Positions 17,308-28,734 of a stretch of 38,699 nt of DNA are shown piece by piece. The translations under genes were made by a program, and so were the position numbers. Within the stretch, counting starts at the first letter, position 1, and the number at the start of each line of letters is the position of its first letter. This DNA comes from Eubacteriales bacterium. Lineage in GTDB: Bacteria; Bacillota; Clostridia; Oscillospirales; CAG-272. The notes under the pieces were generated by a model. It was given only the letters and a program-made list of their open reading frames with translations, was not told the origin of the DNA and made no database searches. Location of the stretch: contig JAZNXP010000032.1 in the NCBI GenBank assembly GCA_045593965.1, forward strand, positions 1-38,699. The letters run 5' to 3'.

Positions 17308-19030
17308 GGAAAGAATACAATCATCTGTTCGTGAAAGAAGGCGAGAAAGACGCAGAGAAGCGGTCTCGTTCTTTTTCGTGACGCACAGATTTTTGTGGCT
17401 GATGATCACGGGGGCGCTTTTGACGGGGCTGACCGTGATCTTTCCTCAAATCGGTTTTCTGCAATGGCTGACGATGATCCCGCTCTTTTTGGGAACATAT
17501 CGCTTTGCCGACAGTCTGGTTGCATCCGCAAAGCGTGCGTACGTCTACGGCTTTCTGACTGTTTTTTGCTATTATCTCGTGATCTATCATTGGTTCTTGT
17601 GTATGTATCCGATGGATTTTGTCGGACTGACAAACGCGGAATCCGTGTTCGTGGTGATTCTGGGATGGTTGGGGCTTTCTATCGTACAGGCACTCCCGGG
17701 CGGCTTGATGTTTCTTTTCTATCATTGGCTGAACCAAAAAGGCGTTTTTGAAATGCGTCCGTTTATGCGTCCGTTCATATTGCCGATCCTATGGGTGATC
17801 TTGGAATGGATCTCCACGATCGGTTGGACGGGTGTTCCGTTGGGACGCTTGTGCCTGGGACAGATCAAGCTTCTGCCGATCATGCAGAGCGCATCGCTTC
17901 TGGGATCTTATTTCGTAAGCTTTTTATTGCTTCTTGTCAATGCGTTGCTGGCGTATGCGTTGTACGTTGCGGCAAAGCGCGTTCTGTGCGTTGCTTTGTC
18001 GGGAGCGATCCTTGTTGCGTCTCTTGCGTTTGGCTTTGTCCGTATGGCGATCCGTAAAAATGAAACTCATGACCGAACCGTTTCGGTAGCGGTGGTACAG
18101 GGAAATCTGAGTGTCTATGAATCATGGGACGATAACAGCTATCGCTTGATGAAGGAGGTTCATGCCACGCTTACCAAGCAAGCGGTTAAGGAAGGCGCGG
18201 AGCTTGTGATCTGGCCAGAAACGACCTTTCCTTATACGCTTTCCGAGCTCCCCGATCTGCAGGCGTTTGCGTCGAATCTTGCGAGAAGCTGCCAAGTGCC
18301 GCTGATCATCGGTGCGCTGGATACCGATGAAGAGGATAACGACTATAACGTTCTTTATTTCGTTGAGAAAAACGGAACGATTCGTGAAGAGACTTATCAA
18401 AAGCGGCGTTTGGTTCCGTTTGGTGAATACGTCCCGATGGGCGATTTCTTTTCGATCCTGCTGCCGCCCTTGGCGGATATGATGGCGCTCGGCGCGGGAC
18501 TGACTGCGGGAGAGGACGCTACGTATTTTGAGACCGAATGGGGAAATGCGGGCGCGTTGATCTGCTACGACTCGATCTATGAGGATTTGACGCGTGACAG
18601 CATTCTGGCAGGTGCGGAATGGATGATCGTTGCAAGCAACGATTCATGGTTCCGCAATTCTGCTGCGGTCGATCTGCATCAGGCGCAGGCTCAGCTGCGT
18701 GCGATCGAAAGCGGACGCTATTTTGCGAGCGCGGTCAATACGGGAATTTCATCCCTGATCACGTCCGAAGGTGAGATCATCGGTTGGTTGGAAAAGGACG
18801 TCAGCGGTTATGCGATCGCTGAGATCTCCGCACGGAACGATCGAACGCTTTATATGACGGTTGGAAATCTGTTCGTATATTGCTGTATACTTTTATGTGC
18901 AGCACTTTGGATCTACGGGCTTTATTTACGAAAGCATCTTGCAAACATCAAAAGAGAACGGTATTTGACGGAAAACGCGGACGACGCTTCCGAAAGCACA
19001 CCGTCAGACGAAAGGGACGCCGAGGAGTAA
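17300..19030 (+). CDS. lnt: Apolipoprotein N-acyltransferase
   Basis: Multi-TM N-terminus plus nitrilase domain with E-K-C triad: WPET, YQKRRLVPFGEYVP, ICYD; also NDSWF, RAIE, NTGIS. Confidence 0.92.
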   Translation: MNEERIQSSVRERRRERRREAVSFFFVTHRFLWLMITGALLTGLTVIFPQIGFLQWLTMIPLFLGTYRFADSLVASAKRAYVYGFLTVFCYYLVIYHWFLCMYPMDFVGLTNAESVFVVILGWLGLSIVQALPGGLMFLFYHWLNQKGVFEMRPFMRPFILPILWVILEWISTIGWTGVPLGRLCLGQIKLLPIMQSASLLGSYFVSFLLLLVNALLAYALYVAAKRVLCVALSGAILVASLAFGFVRMAIRKNETHDRTVSVAVVQGNLSVYESWDDNSYRLMKEVHATLTKQAVKEGAELVIWPETTFPYTLSELPDLQAFASNLARSCQVPLIIGALDTDEEDNDYNVLYFVEKNGTIREETYQKRRLVPFGEYVPMGDFFSILLPPLADMMALGAGLTAGEDATYFETEWGNAGALICYDSIYEDLTRDSILAGAEWMIVASNDSWFRNSAAVDLHQAQAQLRAIESGRYFASAVNTGISSLITSEGEIIGWLEKDVSGYAIAEISARNDRTLYMTVGNLFVYCCILLCAALWIYGLYLRKHLANIKRERYLTENADDASESTPSDERDAEE

Positions 19031-19110
19031 CGGCGTTCCTTTTCGCGCTTTTTATGCATTTTTCAACAAAAGACGGGTTGAAAAAATGATAAAATAGAGA
19101 AAGTTGGATA

Positions 19111-20638
<1,528 letters not shown>

Positions 20639-20646
20639 AAACAATT

Positions 20647-20684
20647 GCAGGCAAGATCTTTTTCGATCTTGCCTGTTTTTTTTT
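20647..20684 (+). terminator. guaB terminator
   Basis: CAGGCAAGATC / GATCTTGCCTG stem followed by 9 T. Confidence 0.88.
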
Positions 20685-20712
20685 ACTGCTTATCGATTTT
20701 AAATTGAGTATC

Positions 20713-20746
20713 AAAAAGCACAGCGAATATTCATCCGCTGTGCTTT
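20713..20746 (-). terminator. Terminator of the MacB-like ABC gene
   Basis: AAAGCACAGCG / CGCTGTGCTTT stem with a T-run on the minus strand. Confidence 0.75.
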
Positions 20747-20759
20747 GTTTTGATCGTGT

Positions 20760-23700
20760 TTATTCGCTTCTGAGTGCTTCCACGGGGTTGCGCTTTGCCG
20801 CAATGCCGGCGGGGAAGAGTCCTGCGATCAAGGTCAGTGCCATACTGATCAAGACGAGTACAACTGCCGCACCGATGGGAAGAACAGCCTTGAGAGAGGG
20901 AATCTGCGTAAAGTGGAACAGGATCATATTGATCACGATATTCAGACCGAGTGTGGCAAGAATACCGATCATACCCGCCACAAAGCCGACGATCAAGGTC
21001 TCCGCGTTGAAGACGCGGCTGACGTCGCGCTTGGATGCGCCGATGGCACGCAGGATGCCGATCTCCTTCGTTCTTTCCAATACCGAAATATACGTGATGA
21101 TACCGATCATGATCGAGGAAACAACCAAAGAGATTGCAACAAATGCGACCAGAACGTAGGTGATCGCGTTGATGATCGTGGTCACAGAGGACATCATAAC
21201 GCCAACGATATCGGTATACTGAAGCTTATCCATTTCGTCAACACTGTCATTATAGGTGGAAATAAAGCTTTCGATCGTATCCTTGGATTCAAAATCCACA
21301 GCGTAAAAATTGATCGATGCGGGGGAAGCTTTTTCAGCATCCCCAAGCTCCTTGAGCACGGAGGTATAGGTCGCATCGGTCTGCGGTGCGAGTTTATAGA
21401 GCATTTCCTCAATCGCCACGAACTGATCGTCGGGAATGAAGTTACCTTGCATGAGCAGATAGAAGCTTTCCTCGGTGATCGTCAGAGTTTTGATCTCCTC
21501 GGTCATTCCCGCATAGATCGCCTGCATGGTCTCCTCACCGCAAAGCGTGAGCAAGCCCTGAATGGGGGGCATCATGGAGTCGGGTGCTTGCGGAATTCCT
21601 ACCAACGTCATCATTACTTGCTCGATGCTGAAAATCGGATAAAGCTTGATGAAATCGCTTGCCGTGAGCGTGTTGGAAAGTCCCGCATAATTGCTGAGCA
21701 TGGTCATGATCGGGATCAGGCTGACACCGTTCGCATCCTTTTGCAGAATGGAGTCCAGCATGGCGCTTACCAACTCCAGCTGATATTCCTGGGGCATGAT
21801 CGCAAAAAATCCGAGGAAGGATTCCTGACTGTTTACAACCAACTGATCCGAAAATTCCTCATTCTTCAGAATTTCTTGCGTCATATAAGCGTAGATCTGT
21901 TCCATGGTGGAATCATCGACCTTGTCGATCAATTCCTGGATGTTCTCTCTGGTATAAGGAATTCGTTCGAACTTCAAGCCCGAAAGAACGTTATAATCGG
22001 GAGTTGCTTTTTGCTGATTGATCACTTCGCTGGTCGTGTTCTTTTCCAAAATCAGATCGGTCAGCGCTTTGGTGTAGCCGATCGCACCTGTGATCGAGGT
22101 TGCGGTCGCACCCTCCTTGGGGCGCACGATGCCCGAAATCACGAGCTTGGTGCCATTGGCGGTCACAAAATCAGTCTGATTGAAGGCGCCGTCGCGGAGA
22201 TTGTACCAGATGGGGTATTCCACGCCGTTGACCGTATAGGTCGCACCGTTCTTTTTCGCATAGAAATCGGAGGTGTTAAGAATCTTGAATTCCATACCGA
22301 GGAAATCCGAGAGATTATAAGGCTCCAGGGGAGTGGTGTCGTATTTTCCTTCGGTCATCAGAGCCTTCATGATGTCCTCCAACTCGGATTGATCAAGAAC
22401 GCCAAGCATATAAAGCGTCATTTTGCTGATCTGATTGTTCTGATTGACGACCAAAACAACCTCGTTTGCGTTCTGCGGCCAATGGCTTCCTTCGCCGATC
22501 AGCTCGTATTGCTCGTCAAGAAGCGCTTGATTGTTGATCATTTCGCTCATGACGTTGAAGCCCGTGTTGCCCATGGTGTCCATCATTTCACTGATTCCCG
22601 CGAAGGAGTCACCCATGTTATCAAAAATGGTCGTGGGGCTGACTTGCGTTTTTCCGTCTGCCGTGAAGATTTGCAGATCAAAATCATAGGTGTACTGAAT
22701 ATCGCTTACCGCGTCCTTGATCTGATCGTAATTTTTATCAAGATAGTCCTTGAAAAGCGTTAGATTATTACTGGTCGTTGCGCTCATCGCGGACATCATC
22801 GTTCCGAGCGAATCGTCAACGTAGATCTTGTTCGGATCGATCTCACCCTCTTGCATTTTCTTGACTTCTGTCATTGCGGAGAGCATCGCTCCGAAATCCT
22901 GCGTTTCCTTTTGAAGGGTCAAAGGATAGGTTGAAAGTGTGTCTCGCTGTACCGCGGTGATATAGTTGCTGACACCGGTGGATACGGAAAGGATCAGCGC
23001 GATGCCGATGATACCGATCGAACCCGCAAAAGAGGTCATGAAGGTACGCGTTTTCTTCGTCATCAGGTTGTTGAGCGAAAGGGAAAGAGCTGTTAAGAAG
23101 GACATGGATCTTTTGCCGGCTTTCTTCTTGTTCTTTTCCGAACGGATGACACCGCTTCCGCCGAGCGTCGCGCCATCCACGTCCTTTGCGTTGATCTCAA
23201 AGGGGTTGCGGAATCTTCTTTTCTTGGGAGCAGCTGCGGCAAGAATGGAGGTCGACTGCGGTTTGGGATCATACGGAGCCGTATCTCCGACCACACGACC
23301 GTCCAGAACGCGAATGATACGGGAAGAATACTGTTGCGCCAGCTCGGGGTTATGGGTTACCATAATGATGAGCTTTTCCTTTGAGATCTCGCGCAAAATA
23401 TCCATGATCTGGATACTTGTTTGCGTATCGAGCGCACCCGTGGGTTCATCCGCCAAGAGGATATCGGGATCGTTGACGAGCGCACGCGCGATCGCCACAC
23501 GCTGCATTTGTCCGCCCGACATCTGATTGGGACGTTTTTTCAACTGATCTCCGAGTCCTACCTGCTTTAACGCGTTGACGGCGCGCTCACGGCGTTCCTT
23601 TTTGGAAATGCCCGAGAGGGTCAGTGCCAATTCAACGTTTGCAAGCACGGTCTGGTGAGGGATCAGGTTATAGCTTTGAAATACAAATCCGACCGAGTGA

Positions 23701-23945
23701 TTCCTGTAGGTATCCCAATCGGCGTCACGGTATTCCTTAGTGGATACACCGTTGATGATCAGATCTCCGCTGGTGTACTGATCCAAGCCACCGATGATGT
23801 TCAGAAGCGTGGTTTTTCCGCATCCCGAGGGACCTAAAATCGAGACGAATTCGTTCTCGCGAAATTTCAGCGAGACTTTGTCCAAGGCGCGGACAGAGGA
23901 ATCCCCTGTTGTATAGTCCTTGGTAATTGTGTTCAGCTCAAGCAA
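20760..23945 (-). CDS. Fused ABC transporter ATPase/permease, MacB/FtsX (type VII) family
   Basis: GPSGCGKT, MSGGQMQR, LLADEPTGALD, VTH; TM1, large extracytoplasmic domain and C-terminal FtsX permease (ERTKEIGILRAIGA, PVEALRSE); TTG start behind AAGGAGG. Confidence 0.93.
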   Translation of the reverse strand: MLELNTITKDYTTGDSSVRALDKVSLKFRENEFVSILGPSGCGKTTLLNIIGGLDQYTSGDLIINGVSTKEYRDADWDTYRNHSVGFVFQSYNLIPHQTVLANVELALTLSGISKKERRERAVNALKQVGLGDQLKKRPNQMSGGQMQRVAIARALVNDPDILLADEPTGALDTQTSIQIMDILREISKEKLIIMVTHNPELAQQYSSRIIRVLDGRVVGDTAPYDPKPQSTSILAAAAPKKRRFRNPFEINAKDVDGATLGGSGVIRSEKNKKKAGKRSMSFLTALSLSLNNLMTKKTRTFMTSFAGSIGIIGIALILSVSTGVSNYITAVQRDTLSTYPLTLQKETQDFGAMLSAMTEVKKMQEGEIDPNKIYVDDSLGTMMSAMSATTSNNLTLFKDYLDKNYDQIKDAVSDIQYTYDFDLQIFTADGKTQVSPTTIFDNMGDSFAGISEMMDTMGNTGFNVMSEMINNQALLDEQYELIGEGSHWPQNANEVVLVVNQNNQISKMTLYMLGVLDQSELEDIMKALMTEGKYDTTPLEPYNLSDFLGMEFKILNTSDFYAKKNGATYTVNGVEYPIWYNLRDGAFNQTDFVTANGTKLVISGIVRPKEGATATSITGAIGYTKALTDLILEKNTTSEVINQQKATPDYNVLSGLKFERIPYTRENIQELIDKVDDSTMEQIYAYMTQEILKNEEFSDQLVVNSQESFLGFFAIMPQEYQLELVSAMLDSILQKDANGVSLIPIMTMLSNYAGLSNTLTASDFIKLYPIFSIEQVMMTLVGIPQAPDSMMPPIQGLLTLCGEETMQAIYAGMTEEIKTLTITEESFYLLMQGNFIPDDQFVAIEEMLYKLAPQTDATYTSVLKELGDAEKASPASINFYAVDFESKDTIESFISTYNDSVDEMDKLQYTDIVGVMMSSVTTIINAITYVLVAFVAISLVVSSIMIGIITYISVLERTKEIGILRAIGASKRDVSRVFNAETLIVGFVAGMIGILATLGLNIVINMILFHFTQIPSLKAVLPIGAAVVLVLISMALTLIAGLFPAGIAAKRNPVEALRSE

Positions 23946-24027
23946 TGCTTGCTCCTCCTTGTTTATAGTATAGCATATATATTGTAAAAAGTTTTTTTAA
24001 GTGAATGTGAAGAATTGAAGAAAATGA

Positions 24028-25785
24028 TCAATTTGCAAATTGGCTGTTATAAAGATGATGATAGAAGCCTTTTTGCGCCAGAAGCGAGGCATGATTGCCT
24101 TGCTCGATGATGTTTCCGTCCTTCATGACCAGAATGATATCTGCTGACTCAATGGTGGAAAGTCGGTGCGCAACGATGAATGAGGTACGTCCTTTCATCA
24201 TTCGGGCGAACGCGTTTTGAATTTTCAATTCCATACGGGTATCGATCGAGGAGGTCGCTTCATCCAAAATCAGCATGGGAGGGAGACACAGCATCACGCG
24301 TGCGATACAAAGGAGCTGCTTTTGTCCTTGAGAGAGGGAACCGCCGCCTTCTCCGAGCACGGTATCGTAACCGTTTGGAAGGCGTTTGATGAAGGAATGC
24401 GCATGCGCGGCTTTTGCAGCGGCGATCATTTCCTCATCCGTAGCGTCGGGCTTTCCAAAGCACAGATTCTCGCGGACGGTACCGCTTCTGAGCCAGGTAT
24501 CCTGAAGAACCATACCCCAGCTTGCACGTAAGCTTTGGCGCGTAAGGCTTTGTATATTATTGCCGTCAATTTCTATTTTGCCCGATTTTACGTCATAAAA
24601 ACGCATCAGAAGATTGATCACGGTGGTTTTTCCGCAACCGGTCGGACCGACGATCGCAACGCGTTGTCCGGGATGGACGGCAAGGTTGAAGCCTTTGATC
24701 AAAGGACGCTCGGGAACGTAAGAAAATTCCACGTCCTTCAAAGCGACATTTCCTTGCGGATGCTCCAAAGAAACAGCGTCGGGAGCATCGTTGGGAACGT
24801 TTTCTTCATCCATCATTTCAAAAAGCCTTGCGGCGCAGGCAATGGCATTTTGCAGCTCGGTCAGAACTCCCGATATTTCATTGAAGGGCTTGGTGTACTG
24901 ATTTGCGTAGGATAAAAATTTCGAAAGTCCGCCAATCGTAAAGCCGACGTTGCCGCCGATGCAGATCAATGCTCCCGTAAGGGCAACACCTGCGTAGACA
25001 AGATTGTTGACAAACCGCGTGGAGGGATTGGTAAGAGAGGAGAAGAAGGTCGCTCTCAAGGACGCCTTTCTGAGGCGTTCATTGACCTCTTCAAAATCGG
25101 CCTGTGCTTCGTTTTCGTGTCCAAAAGCGACAACGGTTTTGTGCTGACCGATGTATTCGTCGATCATCGATGTCTGTTCCGCGCGTGTTTCGGATTGCTT
25201 GCGGAACATATCGTATGTTTTTTTTGCGATGAACGCGGCAACAAAAAGGGAAAGAGGGGTAACAAGCACAACCACCAGAGCGATCGGTACGCTCAAAACG
25301 AACATGATGACCAGTGTGCCGACGATCGTCAGGATTCCGGTGAAAAATTGGGAAAAGGCGAGCAGAAGTCCGTCAGCAAACTGATCTACATCCGTCATCA
25401 TTCGGCTTACGATGTCACCAACGGAATGGTTGTCGAGATAGGAAAGCGGAAGCTTCTGAATCTTTTCGAAGGCATCGCGGCGAAGCTTTCGCACCATACC
25501 GTAAGTAATGTAGTTATTGATGACGTTCATCACCCATTGCAAAAGCGCACAGCAGAGCGTACAAATGCCGATCAGAAGGGCAATTTGGGTCACTCCCGCG
25601 ATATCAACGCGGTCTTTTCCGATCATCAAATCGATCGCGTCACCCGTCAGAATGGGGATGTAGAGCGTCAGCGCAACGCTTGCGGCGGCGAAGAGTAAAG
25701 AAAAGAAAAGACCGATGCGGTAATGCTTGATCTCACGCAGAATACGTCGTATCGTTTTGATATCAAAGCCGTTCTTCTTTTTCAT
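24028..25785 (-). CDS. ABC exporter half-transporter (TM288-like subunit)
   Basis: 6-TM domain plus NBD: GPTGCGKT, LSQGQKQ, LDEATSSID, AHR. Confidence 0.95.
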   Translation of the reverse strand: MKKKNGFDIKTIRRILREIKHYRIGLFFSLLFAAASVALTLYIPILTGDAIDLMIGKDRVDIAGVTQIALLIGICTLCCALLQWVMNVINNYITYGMVRKLRRDAFEKIQKLPLSYLDNHSVGDIVSRMMTDVDQFADGLLLAFSQFFTGILTIVGTLVIMFVLSVPIALVVVLVTPLSLFVAAFIAKKTYDMFRKQSETRAEQTSMIDEYIGQHKTVVAFGHENEAQADFEEVNERLRKASLRATFFSSLTNPSTRFVNNLVYAGVALTGALICIGGNVGFTIGGLSKFLSYANQYTKPFNEISGVLTELQNAIACAARLFEMMDEENVPNDAPDAVSLEHPQGNVALKDVEFSYVPERPLIKGFNLAVHPGQRVAIVGPTGCGKTTVINLLMRFYDVKSGKIEIDGNNIQSLTRQSLRASWGMVLQDTWLRSGTVRENLCFGKPDATDEEMIAAAKAAHAHSFIKRLPNGYDTVLGEGGGSLSQGQKQLLCIARVMLCLPPMLILDEATSSIDTRMELKIQNAFARMMKGRTSFIVAHRLSTIESADIILVMKDGNIIEQGNHASLLAQKGFYHHLYNSQFAN

Positions 25786-27524
25786 GCGTTTTCTCCCTCC
25801 TTTCGGAATTGTGAGTCGTGGATCTCACGGTAAACCTCGCAATTTTCCAAAAGCTCCTTGTGCGTTCCGATTCCCACGCAGCTTCCTTCCTCCAAAACCA
25901 TGATGATATCCGCATGGCGAATGGAGCTCGTTCTTTGGGAGATCAAAAAGACGGTTGGAGAATAGGGAAGAGAGCGTAATGCTTTGCGTAAGGATGCATC
26001 GGTCGCATAATCCAATGCAGAGGAGCTGTCATCAAGGATCAGAATTTTGGCTTTGCGCACCAAAGCACGCGCAATGGTCAGGCGTTGACGCTGACCGCCC
26101 GAAAAGTTTCTGCCGTTTTGCAGGACCTCGGCATCGAGTCCGCCTTCCTTCTGCATCACAAAATCCTTTGCCTGTGCGGCTTCAAGCGCGCTCCAAAGCT
26201 CTTCGTCCGTGGCGTTTTCATTGCCCCATAGCAGATTGGACCGAACGGTTCCTTTAAAAAGAACCGCCTTTTGAGGAACAACACCGATCATATCGCGAAG
26301 TTCCTCGGGGGAATACGAACGAACGTCCTGACCGTTTACGAGGACTGCGCCTTCCGTTACGTCATAAAATCTCGGGATCAGATTGACGACCGAGCTTTTG
26401 CCGGAGCCCGTAGATCCGATGATGCCGACAGTCGCGCCGGACGGAACGTTTAAGCTGATGTCAGAAAGTGAATGCTCCGCATTGCCCGCATACGTAAGTC
26501 CTGCGTTTTGGAAGGATACGGCGTATGTATTCTCGGGATTGGAAGGGAGCTCCCGTTCATTTTTGGGCATTCCGCTTGGCGTGTCAAAAACAGTATTGAC
26601 ACGGTCTGCGCAGGCAAGCGCCTTGTTGACAATGAAAACGGTGTTTGCGAATTTTACCAATTCAACGAGAATCTGTGCCATATAATTTGTCAACGCAACA
26701 ACGTCGCCGCGGCTCATACCGCCGATCTGCACGAATTCCGCGCCCGAAAGCAGCAATAGGATCACACCGAGGTTGACAAGGATCAAGGTCAAGGGGTTCA
26801 TCAAAGCGGAGATCTTTCCAACAAAGTTTTGTCCGCGGTTGTGCTCTTCGTTGGCTTGTTTGAAGCGTGCTTCCTCTTCCTGCTCCTTGCGGAATGCGCG
26901 AATGACGCGTACACCCGTCAGATTTTCGCGGGTAATTTCGGTAACACGGTCCAGGTCGCGCTGTACGTTTTTATGAAGAGGGATGCTTCGAAGCATGATC
27001 GCAAAGATCACGATCGCCAAAAGCGGGATGATCAGCACGAAGATCCATGCGCTTCTTGGGTCAACGGTAAACGCCATGATCAGCGAACCGAGGACGATGA
27101 TGGGAGAACGAAGAAAGAGTCGTAACGTAAAATTGACGGCTGACTGCAATTGATTGACGTCTGCGGTCATGCGCGTGATCAGAGTCGACGTTCCGATCCG
27201 ATCGGTTTGCTCATAAGAAAAGGACTGAATATGGGAAAACAGATCCTTTCGCAGATCTGCCGCAAATCCGACGGCGGCACGCGCGGCGAAATATTGCGCC
27301 GTGATCGCAAACACAAGGCCGATCGCGGCAAAAGCGACCAAAATGCCGCACATTTTGAAAATATACGGCTTGTCCGCATTATGAATATCCGCAATTCCAA
27401 CGTCTATGATCAGCTTGACGACGATCGGTACCAGCAGATCGAAGATCGCCTCAAGAAGCTTGAACAGCGGACTGAGAACAGTTTCTTTCTTATACGGTTT
27501 TAAGTATCGTAGCAGTCTTTTCAT
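25782..27524 (-). CDS. ABC exporter half-transporter (TM287-like subunit, degenerate Walker B/H-loop)
   Basis: GSTGSGKS, FSGGQRQR, LDDSSSALD, SQR; ATGA overlap with its partner gene. Confidence 0.95.
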   Translation of the reverse strand: MKRLLRYLKPYKKETVLSPLFKLLEAIFDLLVPIVVKLIIDVGIADIHNADKPYIFKMCGILVAFAAIGLVFAITAQYFAARAAVGFAADLRKDLFSHIQSFSYEQTDRIGTSTLITRMTADVNQLQSAVNFTLRLFLRSPIIVLGSLIMAFTVDPRSAWIFVLIIPLLAIVIFAIMLRSIPLHKNVQRDLDRVTEITRENLTGVRVIRAFRKEQEEEARFKQANEEHNRGQNFVGKISALMNPLTLILVNLGVILLLLSGAEFVQIGGMSRGDVVALTNYMAQILVELVKFANTVFIVNKALACADRVNTVFDTPSGMPKNERELPSNPENTYAVSFQNAGLTYAGNAEHSLSDISLNVPSGATVGIIGSTGSGKSSVVNLIPRFYDVTEGAVLVNGQDVRSYSPEELRDMIGVVPQKAVLFKGTVRSNLLWGNENATDEELWSALEAAQAKDFVMQKEGGLDAEVLQNGRNFSGGQRQRLTIARALVRKAKILILDDSSSALDYATDASLRKALRSLPYSPTVFLISQRTSSIRHADIIMVLEEGSCVGIGTHKELLENCEVYREIHDSQFRKEGENA

Positions 27525-27650
27525 TGAATTTATTCGGATTCCTTTCCAAATAATGTGCTTAACTTATTTATTATACTCTATTTATGGCTTTTTTGGAAGA
27601 TTAGAGAATGAATTTTGTGTGAAAGTTTCATGAATAAATTGTTTTAATAC

Positions 27651-27683
27651 AAAAAAGGCGTAAAATCACAAGGATTTTACGCC
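27651..27683 (-). terminator. Terminator after the TIGR04086-like gene
   Basis: GGCGTAAAATC / GATTTTACGCC stem plus T6 on the minus strand. Confidence 0.85.
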
Positions 27684-27688
27684 AAAGA

Positions 27689-28162
27689 TCATCGCAAATG
27701 TGATTTCTTCTTTTTCTTAACACTCATGCGGGGAAGCCCGACAAAAGCTCCAAGGACGGAAAGCAACAAAAATGCGATGTGCAGGAGTGCCGAGAGCCAT
27801 ATGGGATCGTTTGATGCGTGTTGAACGAAGAAGAGTGAGAGGAGCATCAAAATTCCCATCGTGACGGAGCCGTTCAAAAGTCCGCAAAGAAGTGCAGAGT
27901 GTTTATGTAACCGTCCCGAAGCAATGCCGCCCGCAAAAGCCGTCATTGCCGCTCCCAAAAGTCCGAGAGGGCGAATCAGGGTGTTTGGGTCCTGCATAAA
28001 ATATGCCAACAAAGAAAGAATAAAAATCAGACCAATTCCGATCCCGAGGGTGATCGCAACGCTTTTGAAAACGTGTGCGCATAACAGTGCCGCGCTATCC
28101 TCCTTATGCTGCGGCGATTGTGCAAAGCGCTTTGTTGAGGAGTGATACTTTTTGTTACTCAT
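27689..28162 (-). CDS. TIGR04086/YrzE-like four-helix membrane protein
   Basis: Four hydrophobic helices, GGxxSG and GLLNG patterns, Lys-rich tail; lies downstream of yajC; GGAGG RBS. Confidence 0.75.
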   Translation of the reverse strand: MSNKKYHSSTKRFAQSPQHKEDSAALLCAHVFKSVAITLGIGIGLIFILSLLAYFMQDPNTLIRPLGLLGAAMTAFAGGIASGRLHKHSALLCGLLNGSVTMGILMLLSLFFVQHASNDPIWLSALLHIAFLLLSVLGAFVGLPRMSVKKKKKSHLR

Positions 28163-28209
28163 AAAAAAACCTCCGTGCGAGCTTGTTAAAGCATATTCGC
28201 AAGGAGGTT
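28163..28209 (-). terminator. yajC terminator overlapping the RBS of the next gene
   Basis: Minus strand AACCTCC-T-TGCGA...TCGCA-C-GGAGGTT followed by T5 and then ATG. Confidence 0.6.
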
Positions 28210-28242
28210 CTTTTATGAATGCTTTTTCGAAAAAAACAGGGG

Positions 28243-28575
28243 TCAGTCCTCTGCGTCCTCGGCCTTCACATCCACGCGGCTGATTGCCGTTTTCAGAATG
28301 CGGATCTTTGTGCGTTCGTGTGTGGTTTCGATCACGCAGGTTTCTTCTTTGATGCTGACGATCTTTCCGATGATTCCGCCGATGGTCGTGATCTCATCAC
28401 CAACGGTCAGTGCGTTTCTCATCGCGTTCTGTTCTTTTTCCTGCTTCTTTTGCGGACGAATCGCAAAGAAATAAAAGAAAATGAAAACGACCGCGAGCAT
28501 CGCGATGCTGATCCAGGAAGAGGCTGCGCTCGCTGATGCATCCGGTGCTGCTTCCAAGCCAAAAATGAAATGCAT
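28243..28575 (-). CDS. yajC: Preprotein translocase subunit YajC
   Basis: FYFFAIRPQKK, LTVGDEITTIGGIIG, KTAI. Confidence 0.95.
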   Translation of the reverse strand: MHFIFGLEAAPDASASAASSWISIAMLAVVFIFFYFFAIRPQKKQEKEQNAMRNALTVGDEITTIGGIIGKIVSIKEETCVIETTHERTKIRILKTAISRVDVKAEDAED

Positions 28576-28614
28576 AATTTTTTCCTCCGAAAATAATGAT
28601 ATTCAATTTCCATT

Positions 28615-28643
28615 ATTGTAAACGATTTTTCCAAAATATGCAA
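28615..28643 (-). promoter_or_regulatory. Sigma-A promoter of yajC
   Basis: Minus strand TTGCAT-N17-TACAAT. Confidence 0.6.
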
Positions 28644-28734
28644 GTACTAAATTGTAAATATTTTCTGCAAACTGTATTTTTTTCAAAAAAGTCGGGATTT
28701 TGGAAGGCAATTCTTCGAAAAAGTGAACAACTTC

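Noticed and set aside
20913-22763. 616-aa plus-strand ORF
   Set aside because: Lies wholly antisense to the MacB-like gene, has no recognisable motif or RBS, and shows typical shadow-ORF composition.
24028-27524. Degenerate Walker B/H-loop (DD, SQR) and LSQGQ signature as a novelty
   Set aside because: This is the well-known asymmetric site arrangement of TM287/288-type heterodimeric exporters.
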